From a virus (lineage: Duplodnaviria > Heunggongvirae > Uroviricota > Caudoviricetes), in IMG/VR virus record IMGVR_UViG_3300037245_002365: a stretch of 31,239 nucleotides of DNA, one strand, 5' to 3'. The position numbers and the translations under genes were made by a program. Below, in pieces: positions 1 to 9,581 of this stretch. Each line of letters begins with the position of its first letter. Positions within the stretch are counted from its first letter, which is position 1. Below the pieces are notes generated by a model. That model was not told the origin of the DNA. It saw only the letters and a list, made by a program, of their open reading frames with translations, and did not search any database.

Positions 1-859
1 AATTTAATGGTGGTAATGGGGAAGCATCAGCTTCCGTTAAAACGTCAACTCCGTCTCCACCCCCTAAAGTACCTACTCCGATTTTAAACGTAGTGCTAGT
101 GGTCCCAGCAATACTCAGATTATCTGTATCAGTAAAGTTTATCGGACCTGATATTTCTGTTGTTCCACTAAATTCTATATTCTGCGAAAAAGCGTTTGAT
201 CCGGTTGATGCTCTATCTCTAAATAATATAATTTGATCATCAAGTACATTTGGATCAATCTTTAATGAATAAGAAGCCCTTAGATCGATAACGCCATCTA
301 CCGATGCTGTACCATCTCTGGACCAACCTGTTTCTAGTGCAGTTCCACCAACATTAACTTTTATGATACCTAGTGCTACTTCATTTGTTGATACAGATAT
401 TGCGCCTGAGCTTCCTACGTCAGTCAATACAACAGTATAATTATCTGTAAATTCTGAATTTCTGGTTGAATATGGCTCTGTTCCTGTTTTGTCATAAACA
501 AACGAAGTCATTGTTGGCACAGGTACGGACCCTAATTCAGAATATTGTAATTTAACTGAATAATAAACATCTCCATTATCTGATGTTGTTTCAGTATGTG
601 TGGTAGATATTTTAATTTTTTCGCCAACTTCCACAAGAGCCTCTCCGGGCTGAATGTTGAAAGATAATCCAGAAGTTAAATTTACTTTTAATGTTGTGAT
701 GCTTTGTATAGTACCATATAACTGGTCTGTTACTGGGCCATAACTAGAAAATATTTTGGCGAGCCTAGATGATACATTGCCAGAAACAAATTCCTGTAGT
801 CTATCAAATAGGTGTTCTATTTTTTGTTTTGTTCCGCCATGAACTTTAATGCGATCCAT
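1..859 (-). CDS. Putative tail fibre/baseplate-associated structural protein (partial, runs off the left edge)
   Basis: Not in the ORF track because it is truncated. ATG at 859 with GGAG 6 nt upstream. Open frame MDRIKVHGGTKQKIEHLFDRLQEFVSGNVSSRL...FNIQPGEALVEVGEKI...VALGIIKV...VIDLRASY to the window edge. Ser/Thr/Gly-rich and lies after the wedge genes. Confidence 0.6.
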   Translation of the reverse strand, partial: MDRIKVHGGTKQKIEHLFDRLQEFVSGNVSSRLAKIFSSYGPVTDQLYGTIQSITTLKVNLTSGLSFNIQPGEALVEVGEKIKISTTHTETTSDNGDVYYSVKLQYSELGSVPVPTMTSFVYDKTGTEPYSTRNSEFTDNYTVVLTDVGSSGAISVSTNEVALGIIKVNVGGTALETGWSRDGTASVDGVIDLRASYSLKIDPNVLDDQIILFRDRASTGSNAFSQNIEFSGTTEISGPINFTDTDNLSIAGTTSTTFKIGVGTLGGGDGVDVLTEADASPLPPLN

Positions 860-870
860 AAATTACTCCG

Positions 871-1383
871 TTATAATACGTATTTTTTCGCTTCTACATA
901 AGAAGGAATGTTGTTGTTAATATAATTGTTTACTAACCTTTCATTAAATGAGAGGTTAGCTAGTGCAGCATCTCTGCCAATTGCTAAAATATAATAATAT
1001 TGCTCTGGATTTAACACATCACCCGCACTATCTAAAATATACATAGGCTGTCCCATGTTTTTATCTATTGATGACTGTATATACAATAGACTGCCGTGTC
1101 CGGCGTTTGGTGTAAAGTTTACTTGAATTATATCCAGAAGAATTGAATCTACTGAGTATGATGTGCCAGTATAAATATTTCCGTCAGTATGATATAGGAT
1201 GTCCCCGGTATATGTACTGCCGTCTGCTTTTCTATAATGGTAGGTTACACCATCATTAACAATATTGTCAAAGGTTCCTCCTACGGCAGAATCAGTGATA
1301 ATGAAAGCTTGCTCAGCAAACTTACGATTAAATATGTTGAATGTGTAATCTGTTCCTTTTATAAAACTAAGAAAATTAGCCAT
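871..1383 (-). CDS. Hypothetical baseplate/tail protein (170 aa)
   Basis: Fills the gap in the tail operon. The C-terminus (ERLVNNYINNNIPSYV) loosely resembles the ends of gpI-like wedge proteins. Confidence 0.55.
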   Translation of the reverse strand: MANFLSFIKGTDYTFNIFNRKFAEQAFIITDSAVGGTFDNIVNDGVTYHYRKADGSTYTGDILYHTDGNIYTGTSYSVDSILLDIIQVNFTPNAGHGSLLYIQSSIDKNMGQPMYILDSAGDVLNPEQYYYILAIGRDAALANLSFNERLVNNYINNNIPSYVEAKKYVL

Positions 1384-2163
1384 TTAAATATTTAACTCCA
1401 ATCTTTTTGTATTAATATATTCATTAAGATTAAATCCATCTGGTACTTTAGTTGCTTTTCTGGCATTATCCTCTCTTGTTAGTGGTTGCAAATTAGTATA
1501 ATGACATGCTACTTTCTGCTGAATAGGATTAGTTAAGTCAAAAATACTTATTGGTATAATGTGATCAATTACAAAACTTCCTGATTTATTCCAAGACATA
1601 TTATTTGTAAATTGTTTTTCTAAATGCTGTCTTACTTTATTTATATTTTCTACACCAAGTAATGTAAGAGTGTCGTATGCTTTATTTTTGCTTTGTATTG
1701 CTTGTGAAATACGCTTCCCGAGGTTATGTCGTAATCTAAAATTTGAATCATTATAATATCTATTACGTACATATGTTCTTTGTCTTTCCCTAACAGACTC
1801 CCTATATTTAATATCATTTTGTAATTTAGGTTTTATAACTCTTATATAATGTTCATGCTTTTTTTCCTTAACTCTTATACAATACTCATGCCTTTTTTTC
1901 CTTACAAACTCTTTATACTCATCATTATTTTGTAATTTAGGTTTTATAATTCTCATATAATACTCATGCTTTTTTTCTGGACGATAATTATCTTTTCCGC
2001 GCTTACTTTCTTTGTTTGAGTCATATACATTTCTGCGATGAGTGTTTGAGCATTCCTTACATTTACTTACGTATCCATCTTTTACCCTTGAATCTTTATA
2101 AAATTCTATAAGCAATTTTTGTTCATTACAATTAGTACAAATTTTATGTGTTAGATCCGCCAT
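1384..2163 (-). CDS. Free-standing HNH homing endonuclease with N-terminal zinc finger
   Basis: N-terminal CxxC...CxxC (KICTNC...SKCKEC), basic linker and C-terminal HNH core IDHIIP...CHYTNLQPL...DNARK. Start placed at ATG 2163 (MADLTHK) rather than the track's TTG at 2175. The region is very AT-rich. Confidence 0.85.
   Translation of the reverse strand: MADLTHKICTNCNEQKLLIEFYKDSRVKDGYVSKCKECSNTHRRNVYDSNKESKRGKDNYRPEKKHEYYMRIIKPKLQNNDEYKEFVRKKRHEYCIRVKEKKHEHYIRVIKPKLQNDIKYRESVRERQRTYVRNRYYNDSNFRLRHNLGKRISQAIQSKNKAYDTLTLLGVENINKVRQHLEKQFTNNMSWNKSGSFVIDHIIPISIFDLTNPIQQKVACHYTNLQPLTREDNARKATKVPDGFNLNEYINTKRLELNI
1816..1977 (-). repeat. Imperfect ~50-bp direct repeat (111-bp period) inside the HNH gene
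   Basis: ttttgtaatttaggttttataa.tct.atataat..tcatgctttttttc occurs at ~1817-1866 and ~1928-1977, encoding EKKHExYxRxIKPKLQN twice. A partial third copy lies at ~1871-1904. Confidence 0.8.
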
Positions 2164-3598
2164 CTTTATTCTCAATAATTGTTAAATTTTCTTTTCCCAG
2201 TAATAACTCATCTGCGAGTTGTTTTGTTATAAAATATTCGGGCCTGGAGCCACCACGATTGTGTGTGTAAACATCAAACGTTAAATTGTCTCCTTCTTTG
2301 TTCATTTCTCCAGAAACCAATGGTAGGTCACTAAGGTAATCATCTATAAGTACTCCCGACGCTAGTAATCCAAACTTGTCTACAACGTCATCAATGTTAT
2401 ATATTAAAGATAACTCATCCGGTATATCATAGCAAGTAGTATTTGTTGCTTCTGTATTTTCTATCGTAACAAAATTCGACCCAGAGGCATTAACTATATC
2501 AATGACTGTCCCAGCCTCATATGAGAAGGGAACGTTATTTAAAAGGGCTATTGCATCGTTTATATTATCCATTGTGGGCGACTTTCTTAATGTCGCGGTT
2601 GTTGCATTAATCCATTTTAATAGATGTTTAGTATACAGTATCCTTTGGTCACCATAATCTGCAACATCATACCCATTTATATATGGTAGATATTCTCCAT
2701 CCCTAATCAGTTTTTCAGGGTCATCTGTTTCCCCAAATCCTGGTAAATAGATGCTTGTCAATGACGGCAATAGACAGGTAGACGTAGTATTTAAAACCTC
2801 TAAAGATATATCTCCTATTTTATCTGTCTCAACTTTTACTTTACCGACTTCATCCGTAGTCGTAAAATTGTTTGGTATAGTTAATGTGTGTAAATCATTA
2901 ATATAATAATCTGTGTTTTCAACTAATGTTTGCTCTGTATTAGTTCCTATTAATGTAGGTATAGTCATCCAAATCCATGGCTCAGTCAAGTCAAAATGAT
3001 ATTCTTTAATAGTAGTATTTTTAATTGGAGGTACACCATCCGGTGTATCCATACCGTCATCAACATAAGTTGTTCCAACGACATTAGCCAACAATTCACT
3101 ACTTCCCGCTGTTCTACCATAAACATTATAACTATCTACACCATCTACTGCATACCATTCTACAGTGTTCGAGTTACCGGCCAATACTGAAGCACCACTA
3201 ATAGTTACTACTGGAAGAGACACTGGTGTCTCTTCACCATCAAACACAGCAGATATGCTATAAGAATATGTCTCTCCAGAAACCACTGGAGTATTTGGTG
3301 ATACTCCACTGCTTAATGGAATTGCGTATCTTGTTACAAAACTGTAATTTGTGTCTTCTCCCTCAAACACTAGATTGTAAGACTCATAGCCTCTTTCAAT
3401 CACACCCTCATGTATGCTTATGTATGGGGTTAGGTATGCCTCGGAAAGATTAAAATGTAAACTGTCCGTTCCTCCTACCAGCCCATCCCAAATATTTTCA
3501 AAGTTAGACCTATCTTCTTCACTAAGTAACGTATAAAACGATCCAAGTAAACCCCAAATCTCGCTGGTGTCTATTGGTGAGTTTGAATTAAATGCCAT
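2144..3598 (-). CDS. Putative baseplate wedge protein (gpI/gp7-like position) with an FN3/Ig-like insert
   Basis: Directly follows the J-like gene with a TAATG overlap. FN3-like segment YSYSISAV...VEWYAVDGVDSYNVYGRT...YVDDG. LRKSPTMDNINDAI resembles the gpI-type KGT motif region. Confidence 0.55.
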   Translation of the reverse strand: MAFNSNSPIDTSEIWGLLGSFYTLLSEEDRSNFENIWDGLVGGTDSLHFNLSEAYLTPYISIHEGVIERGYESYNLVFEGEDTNYSFVTRYAIPLSSGVSPNTPVVSGETYSYSISAVFDGEETPVSLPVVTISGASVLAGNSNTVEWYAVDGVDSYNVYGRTAGSSELLANVVGTTYVDDGMDTPDGVPPIKNTTIKEYHFDLTEPWIWMTIPTLIGTNTEQTLVENTDYYINDLHTLTIPNNFTTTDEVGKVKVETDKIGDISLEVLNTTSTCLLPSLTSIYLPGFGETDDPEKLIRDGEYLPYINGYDVADYGDQRILYTKHLLKWINATTATLRKSPTMDNINDAIALLNNVPFSYEAGTVIDIVNASGSNFVTIENTEATNTTCYDIPDELSLIYNIDDVVDKFGLLASGVLIDDYLSDLPLVSGEMNKEGDNLTFDVYTHNRGGSRPEYFITKQLADELLLGKENLTIIENKDGGSNT

Positions 3599-6500
3599 TA
3601 TACTTGTGCAACTCCTTCAAGTTCATCTATGTGTGTGTAAAACTCGGATACAACATCTGCTCTGATGTCATATGTTTGATCTACCATTCTTACGGTTGTT
3701 CTAGTACCTTCTGTATCGTACTCTCTTATTACTATGTCGATGCTTAGATTGACAAAGGTTGCTCCTGCATTATATAAAACCTGTACTAAATCAGATTTAT
3801 CAAATGTTTGTTCGCCTAATGTATTGAAGTAATTAACAACTACTTCTTTCATATCATCCGAACCCGGACCACCAGAATATTCTAATTTTTCTATATTCAC
3901 TACAGTAGGAGGCATTACTTTAACTAATTGGTCTGATATTGGTAAAGAGCTTTCACTATCTAATAACGCAGTTACCGCGTCTCCGTTGCCCCAATACCTG
4001 TAAACAAACTCCAATAAAGCCCCATCAAGTACAGGGTCAGAGAAGGAAATTTGATAATTAGCTTCAGATGAATATGTCTTACTAGGACTTAGATTGGTTA
4101 TATTATATAATGATGAATCCAAAATAGTTCCTGAAATAGCTTCCTTAATCTCCATTATCTCTTGTATATTGTCATCAATTCCTGCTATGTTCTCTGTTTC
4201 TATTGTGGTGCCAACTAACGTATCAGTAGCAGAACCATCTAGTACATTTATTGGATCGTGCACATAAATATCCATAGCATTTCCTCTATGTACTTGTGGC
4301 AGATCAATATTATTCATTTCTACATAGTAAGTTCTTAAATAATGTAAAGTATCACTGCTAAAGTCTGGACCACTGTTAGTAGCAGTAGCAGACATATTTA
4401 GATAGCCATCTCCATCAACATAGTCACTTAACAATGGCAGTATTCCAGTAATCAGTTGATTTGCTCTTACATCATCAATAGTATATGTGTGTTCTCCTTG
4501 ATCCTCCCATTGTTGCTGAGTAACATTCCACACGCTCATTCTTACAGAACTGTGTCCTGTATTACCGTCCTGTGCATAAAGAACCGGATCGTAACCAACA
4601 CCATAATAATTTACTTCAACCCTATTACTGGTATCAAAACCAGCAGCATCTACTTTAAACCTAAACAGATGCATTGGGAATGTTTGTACGAATGATTTAA
4701 CTTCTAAGTTATCTATATACCATTCATAATTTCTGGTCTCTCCAACTGCAACGCCGAAGTGATTTCTATAACTTTCTAATATTTCTAGACCAGTATCGGT
4801 CTCAACTTTATCGCCTGACTGAGGTACATATGGAGGATAAGTTTCTCCTCGATTCAACAAACGATTTGCATTTGCATATGGTTCTTCTGGTGGGTTTGCT
4901 ATGTCGTAAACCCAAGCTTCAAATCCCATATTACTGTAAATTTTAGCCCGTACTTGATATACAAGGTTTGGCTCTATCCAAGCTTTTGCTGCTTGTAAGA
5001 ATTGGTTTTGACCAGATGTTTGGTCCCAAAGTTGCTCATGCCCAATCCATATCTCTTCTTGCAGAGCATCATTATCTACTAGATAAACATTGTATTTCCA
5101 GAATACTGGGTTAGCCTTAATGCTGCCCACATAACTCGCAGCAACAAGTTCACTTACACCATAATGCTCTGCAAACTTAGTAATATCATCAGTAGTCTGC
5201 GTGCCTGCTTCCATTCTTAGTAAGAATCCAGGCTGTTTTCTTAAAGCAATCCCATAACCATCGTGGGGTATAAATACTTCAGAGTTTCTAAGAACAGTAG
5301 CATAAGCCATTTCTCCGTTCTCCGTCATGTCTGTGGTTTCCATGGTGAATCTAACATCCACACCTAAATGCTGACTAATTTGTCTATGGAAAATTGGTGA
5401 AGTATTATTCACGTTGTCTGGTGAGGATAACCCAGAAATGATTCCACGAATAGCATCTATTTGCTCTTGAGTTACACCAGAAACGAAACTAAATATTAAT
5501 GCAGCTACTGCATGTGTTGATGGGTTTGTACCATCTTTTCCACGAATAACGGTTACATTTGTTGCGTCTATAATTGTCGATATTTCAACAATTTCTGAAT
5601 CTATTTGAATAAACTCACCAACAACAAATTCGCTAGTATTTGTTAATACAAAGTTTACTGCTTCGATACTATCTATCTGTTGTGCTAATGTAGCAGTTGC
5701 TTGCGTTCCTGTACCTGTGTAACTTATAACCTTCCTTAGAGCAGACACCGACACTGTTGTAAAACTATCCTCTATTGTAGAGTTCTGTGTTTTACCTAAA
5801 CGCAGTCTAGAAGAATCTACTCCAATCTCTTCAACATAATATAATGACTGAGATGGATTACTTCCATCATGTACTTGCCATTGACCGGAAGTTAGCAAGA
5901 TTGCTAACTCAGTTTGTCCTGTACTTGGATTAATTAAATCATCGAATAATTCTTTTATAATATAGTTTTCTGCACTTTCAACATAATTTGCATCATTTTT
6001 TCTATAAATACCTTCATACATATCATTAGATAATTCTTTGGTCCAACCGGAAATCGCTGGATAAAACACATCGGCGCTTTCATTATTATCAATAAAATTG
6101 TTTGCATAAGCGATATTCTTTCTGTCGTATTCTCCACCGTGTTGTCCGGAATAAACAAGATAAAAATCATCAGAAATATAATTTGAAACATCATCTAAAT
6201 AACTCGTTAAATCCCTAATCATTAATGGATGTCCAGCACCAATAGTTTCTACAATTTCTACATCTGTAAAACTAGTTTTTATTTGTGACTCAATTGCACT
6301 AGCAGAAGCTAAACTTTTGTTAAATACTGTATCAATAATACGCGCAAAATAAGTTTCGTTATCTTCCCCAGTAGTTCCACCGCTAAATTTTTCTACTGAA
6401 ACCGTTTTGTTCGGTGTTATTGAGGTAGTACTATCAATTGTAAATGCAGAACCATTTGCAATATTGTATTCTACACCTGCTGCTGACGCTTGGATAAAAA

Positions 6501-6924
6501 TGTCACCACTATCGTAATTTGGATAATCATCTACATTATCTGCCATCTGTGATCTAGTAACAGAGTAAACAGAGGAAGTAGTAAATTTAAGACCGTTTGG
6601 TCCGGTAAATTGTGTTCCTGCAGGAATAACAAGGTTACGCGGTTTTGTGAAATATAACCGTATATTTCCTCCACCTCTAGTACCAGAGTTCCTTTCTATT
6701 AAAAAGTTAGCACCAACGGCATCTAGTTCTGCGTCTGTAAGTTTCGTTAAATCAACGATAGACTGTGTTTTTATTACATGGTCGTGATCTGTCTGATACG
6801 ATGATAAAAGCGAACTTAGTGGATAAATCACCAAGTCGCTGTAAACGCTTCCAGCTCTAGTATCTATGTTTGGGTTTATTTCTTTTATTTTTTGAATAAT
6901 AAAATTTTTAACATCTATTGCCAT
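3598..6924 (-). CDS. Baseplate J/gp6-like wedge protein with large internal insertion (1108 aa)
   Basis: N-terminal ~230 aa match the Baseplate_J pattern: IDTRAGSVYSDL, LDAVGANFLIER, VIPAGTQF, IQASAAGVEYN, FSGGTTGEDNETYFARI. The C-terminus has a typical 'VVNYFNTL...DKSDLVQVL' segment. AAGGA lies upstream. Confidence 0.85.
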   Translation of the reverse strand: MAIDVKNFIIQKIKEINPNIDTRAGSVYSDLVIYPLSSLLSSYQTDHDHVIKTQSIVDLTKLTDAELDAVGANFLIERNSGTRGGGNIRLYFTKPRNLVIPAGTQFTGPNGLKFTTSSVYSVTRSQMADNVDDYPNYDSGDIFIQASAAGVEYNIANGSAFTIDSTTSITPNKTVSVEKFSGGTTGEDNETYFARIIDTVFNKSLASASAIESQIKTSFTDVEIVETIGAGHPLMIRDLTSYLDDVSNYISDDFYLVYSGQHGGEYDRKNIAYANNFIDNNESADVFYPAISGWTKELSNDMYEGIYRKNDANYVESAENYIIKELFDDLINPSTGQTELAILLTSGQWQVHDGSNPSQSLYYVEEIGVDSSRLRLGKTQNSTIEDSFTTVSVSALRKVISYTGTGTQATATLAQQIDSIEAVNFVLTNTSEFVVGEFIQIDSEIVEISTIIDATNVTVIRGKDGTNPSTHAVAALIFSFVSGVTQEQIDAIRGIISGLSSPDNVNNTSPIFHRQISQHLGVDVRFTMETTDMTENGEMAYATVLRNSEVFIPHDGYGIALRKQPGFLLRMEAGTQTTDDITKFAEHYGVSELVAASYVGSIKANPVFWKYNVYLVDNDALQEEIWIGHEQLWDQTSGQNQFLQAAKAWIEPNLVYQVRAKIYSNMGFEAWVYDIANPPEEPYANANRLLNRGETYPPYVPQSGDKVETDTGLEILESYRNHFGVAVGETRNYEWYIDNLEVKSFVQTFPMHLFRFKVDAAGFDTSNRVEVNYYGVGYDPVLYAQDGNTGHSSVRMSVWNVTQQQWEDQGEHTYTIDDVRANQLITGILPLLSDYVDGDGYLNMSATATNSGPDFSSDTLHYLRTYYVEMNNIDLPQVHRGNAMDIYVHDPINVLDGSATDTLVGTTIETENIAGIDDNIQEIMEIKEAISGTILDSSLYNITNLSPSKTYSSEANYQISFSDPVLDGALLEFVYRYWGNGDAVTALLDSESSLPISDQLVKVMPPTVVNIEKLEYSGGPGSDDMKEVVVNYFNTLGEQTFDKSDLVQVLYNAGATFVNLSIDIVIREYDTEGTRTTVRMVDQTYDIRADVVSEFYTHIDELEGVAQV

Positions 6925-6933
6925 TTTTATTCC

Positions 6934-7443
6934 TTATTGTACTGTTAATAGTATTGAATTGTTTTGTGCTGTAATAATTCTTATAGTCATTATCCATCCA
7001 CCATATGTTTCGTCATAAATGACGTTTTCTAAAATTAAATCTTGTAATTTTTCATTAGATTGCAAAGTCTCACCAGTCGACTCATACTCAATATCTTGTT
7101 TTTTTAAAGAATCTATTGTAGTCTGAATCAATACTGGTATTTGTCCTTTTATCTCATCTATTTCGTCTAATGATCGTGTACCAAATAGATGAAAAAAGTT
7201 TGATCCTGCATTAGTATCATAAGCATTAGAGCCTTTTAATGTAAAAATTGATTTTATAATACGTTGCACTAAATTTTGTTGGCCCATAATTAGATTGCCA
7301 GCCGTACCAATGCTATAAGTGATCGCTCCGTCCGTATCTTTTTCGATAATACCTAAATTTTGTAAATAGGCGTTCTGGTCTGCATTCGTCGGTTTTACCG
7401 AATATGTACCATCACTTTCTCTATTACTATAAATATTTGTCAT
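6934..7443 (-). CDS. gp25/GPW-like baseplate wedge (sheath initiator) protein
   Basis: GQQNLVQRIIKSIFTLKGSNAYDTNAGS fits the gp25 LxQxIxxxLxTxxG...GS pattern. The size and the position immediately before the J-like gene are canonical. Confidence 0.7.
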   Translation of the reverse strand: MTNIYSNRESDGTYSVKPTNADQNAYLQNLGIIEKDTDGAITYSIGTAGNLIMGQQNLVQRIIKSIFTLKGSNAYDTNAGSNFFHLFGTRSLDEIDEIKGQIPVLIQTTIDSLKKQDIEYESTGETLQSNEKLQDLILENVIYDETYGGWIMTIRIITAQNNSILLTVQ

Positions 7444-7460
7444 ACCTAATTATCCTTTTG

Positions 7461-9578
7461 TTATGATGCTAATAGTAAAAGAAGCTCTTGTTTGTTTTTT
7501 AAGTATGCAAATGCTTTGCCCTTTTTCGTGGAAAAGTCATCTACTTTTTTACTATCGCCATTAAAAATATCTTTTAATTTTCCTGCCAACTCATCGCCTA
7601 AACTTTCTTCTTTACAAGTAAGCATCTTTAATACATCGTTTGCCACTTTACCAGCAACCAGTATATCAGTTAATCCACCCAAATCGCCATTACGGAGTGC
7701 GTCTGCAATGCTGCCAGTAAGAGTTCCTTCAAGCATCGATCCTATTAGTTGATTATATAAATCCATAAGAGGTTGAAAACTTGAAAGTGATTCTATCTTT
7801 CTAATTATTGTGTTACACAAGTCTAGGACAATTTTATCTTCCCCGAATTGTTTATTTAGGTTAATAATATTACTTATTAAACCTTGTCTGACTCTTCTAG
7901 AAATCTTTTTATTTAATAATACTACTTGTGATGCAAGTAACGGAGTTAAATACTTTTCAGAAGTTTCTATAACAATGTTTCCATACGATTTTTTCTTTGA
8001 TCCATCATCATTAGTATTCTGTGACGCAATCACATCTTCCAGTGTTTCAAGAAGAAATTTTATTTCACTCTGTAATCCCATGTCCGCACCTAGATTAATA
8101 TCTACTCCGGCAATATTAATGACTTCAGGTGGAGACAGCGTATCAACAACGCTTTTTGCTCCGGATAACCGAGTTAACCATGCAGCCTTTTTTGCAGACA
8201 ATCCTAAAGTATCCTGTACCGAACTTGTTGTAGCCAAGTCATTAACTGTCTCTTGAATTTCATTGCGCGTATCAGTAACAGTTCTTAATGAGCCCAGCAA
8301 AACACTTCTAGTAATCATTCCCGCTTCTTCTAATAATAGCCAATTCGGTCCAGCCAATAATACGACCCTTTCCGCAGCGTCAACACGACGTATTGCGCGA
8401 GCGTATGTTAAATCCGGAAACGTAGTTAGAATGGCAGGCTCGGCCATCTTCGGATTTGCTATTCCTGTTGCTTCATAAAATCTTTCTGGTGGACTAACTC
8501 TATCGGTGGCATATTCCGTAATAGTAGTATCCATCTGAGTAATGCTTTGTATAGCTTGTATAAGTCCCCTATCTATTGGAGTATGTTTAGCTATACGGTT
8601 TACGGAACTTCCAGCAAATTCTTGCATTGCAATTATTTTAACAAGTTCAGATGTAGTACCTAATAAAGTACTCATTAATCCATCAATTTCTTTTATAGTA
8701 TTATTTTGTCTAGCATCGTAATCAGGGGATATAAGATCTTCCTTGGTACTTGATCCAAACGCTGCCCGGGAAATACCAACACTAATATCAGTCAGGAAGC
8801 TTAAAATGTCTCCTACATCATCGCCGTTTGAATTAAGTTCACCAAAAAGTGTATCACCTTCTAATCCATAATTTTTGGCAATTTTATTTATTACTCCTTG
8901 CGAAATCTTTAATGTGTCAGAGGTTAGTGAGTTCATTGCGTCGTTTATTAGTTCGGTTATACTATTAACTTTACCTGCAGAAACAGAGTATCCTTTACGC
9001 ATACCTAATTTATTGGCTTCTGCTGCCATCGATAACGCTGCCTCATTTAAAAATTTTATAGCTTCTTTTAATTCTGCCTTTGTTTCGTTCGTAAGTGCAT
9101 TATCATTTATAAATTCTTCTAGTTTGTCTATATACATTTTTAGTAACCTCATATCGGTTAATAAAACTTTGCTTATAGCCATCTTTTTTTCCATTTCTTT
9201 CTTTAGATTGTTAAGAGCTAAATAAGTGATTATGAGCTGAAAACCTTCTATAGCGGTAATAACTAAGGCTAGCATGGCATATAATGTACCAAGGCCTTTT
9301 TGTATAAATTCATTTATAAGATTATCTACTATAGCGCCCGCTAATCCTAAGCCCATGTTTAAAAATTCGGTAATAACTATAGCTATAAAGGCCATTAGTT
9401 GTGCGCCAGTAGCCTCAGAAACTAAATTATTAAAAGTATCTATAATTTCTTTTTCTAGGTCCTTCCATTTCTCTTGAAGGATTGCACTAATCTCTGTTTC
9501 ACAGTCTTCCTGCTTTGTTCTAGCTAGGCCAAACCGTGATAGCAATTCTACATTACTGCCTACTTCTTCTCCGGCCAT
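7461..9578 (-). CDS. Hypothetical alpha-helical protein with N-terminal hydrophobic segments (705 aa)
   Basis: Long ORF flush with its neighbours. Hydrophobic stretches LMAFIAIVITEFLNMGLGLAGAIV and LGTLYAMLALVITAIEGFQLIITYLAL are followed by a coiled-coil-like region. Confidence 0.7.
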   Translation of the reverse strand: MAGEEVGSNVELLSRFGLARTKQEDCETEISAILQEKWKDLEKEIIDTFNNLVSEATGAQLMAFIAIVITEFLNMGLGLAGAIVDNLINEFIQKGLGTLYAMLALVITAIEGFQLIITYLALNNLKKEMEKKMAISKVLLTDMRLLKMYIDKLEEFINDNALTNETKAELKEAIKFLNEAALSMAAEANKLGMRKGYSVSAGKVNSITELINDAMNSLTSDTLKISQGVINKIAKNYGLEGDTLFGELNSNGDDVGDILSFLTDISVGISRAAFGSSTKEDLISPDYDARQNNTIKEIDGLMSTLLGTTSELVKIIAMQEFAGSSVNRIAKHTPIDRGLIQAIQSITQMDTTITEYATDRVSPPERFYEATGIANPKMAEPAILTTFPDLTYARAIRRVDAAERVVLLAGPNWLLLEEAGMITRSVLLGSLRTVTDTRNEIQETVNDLATTSSVQDTLGLSAKKAAWLTRLSGAKSVVDTLSPPEVINIAGVDINLGADMGLQSEIKFLLETLEDVIASQNTNDDGSKKKSYGNIVIETSEKYLTPLLASQVVLLNKKISRRVRQGLISNIINLNKQFGEDKIVLDLCNTIIRKIESLSSFQPLMDLYNQLIGSMLEGTLTGSIADALRNGDLGGLTDILVAGKVANDVLKMLTCKEESLGDELAGKLKDIFNGDSKKVDDFSTKKGKAFAYLKNKQELLLLLAS

Positions 9579-9581
9579 TGC

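Noticed and set aside
1384-2175. Possible group I intron around the HNH gene
   Set aside because: The ORF overlaps or abuts both neighbours, leaving no non-coding room for a ribozyme core, and no P/Q/R/S elements were recognised.
7492-9477. Series of plus-strand ORFs (86, 148, 71, 116, 67 aa and others) opposite the 705-aa gene
   Set aside because: Antisense shadows of the real gene: Ser/Phe/Ile-rich, with no RBS or motifs. The same applies to the other short ORFs nested in or opposite long genes across the window.
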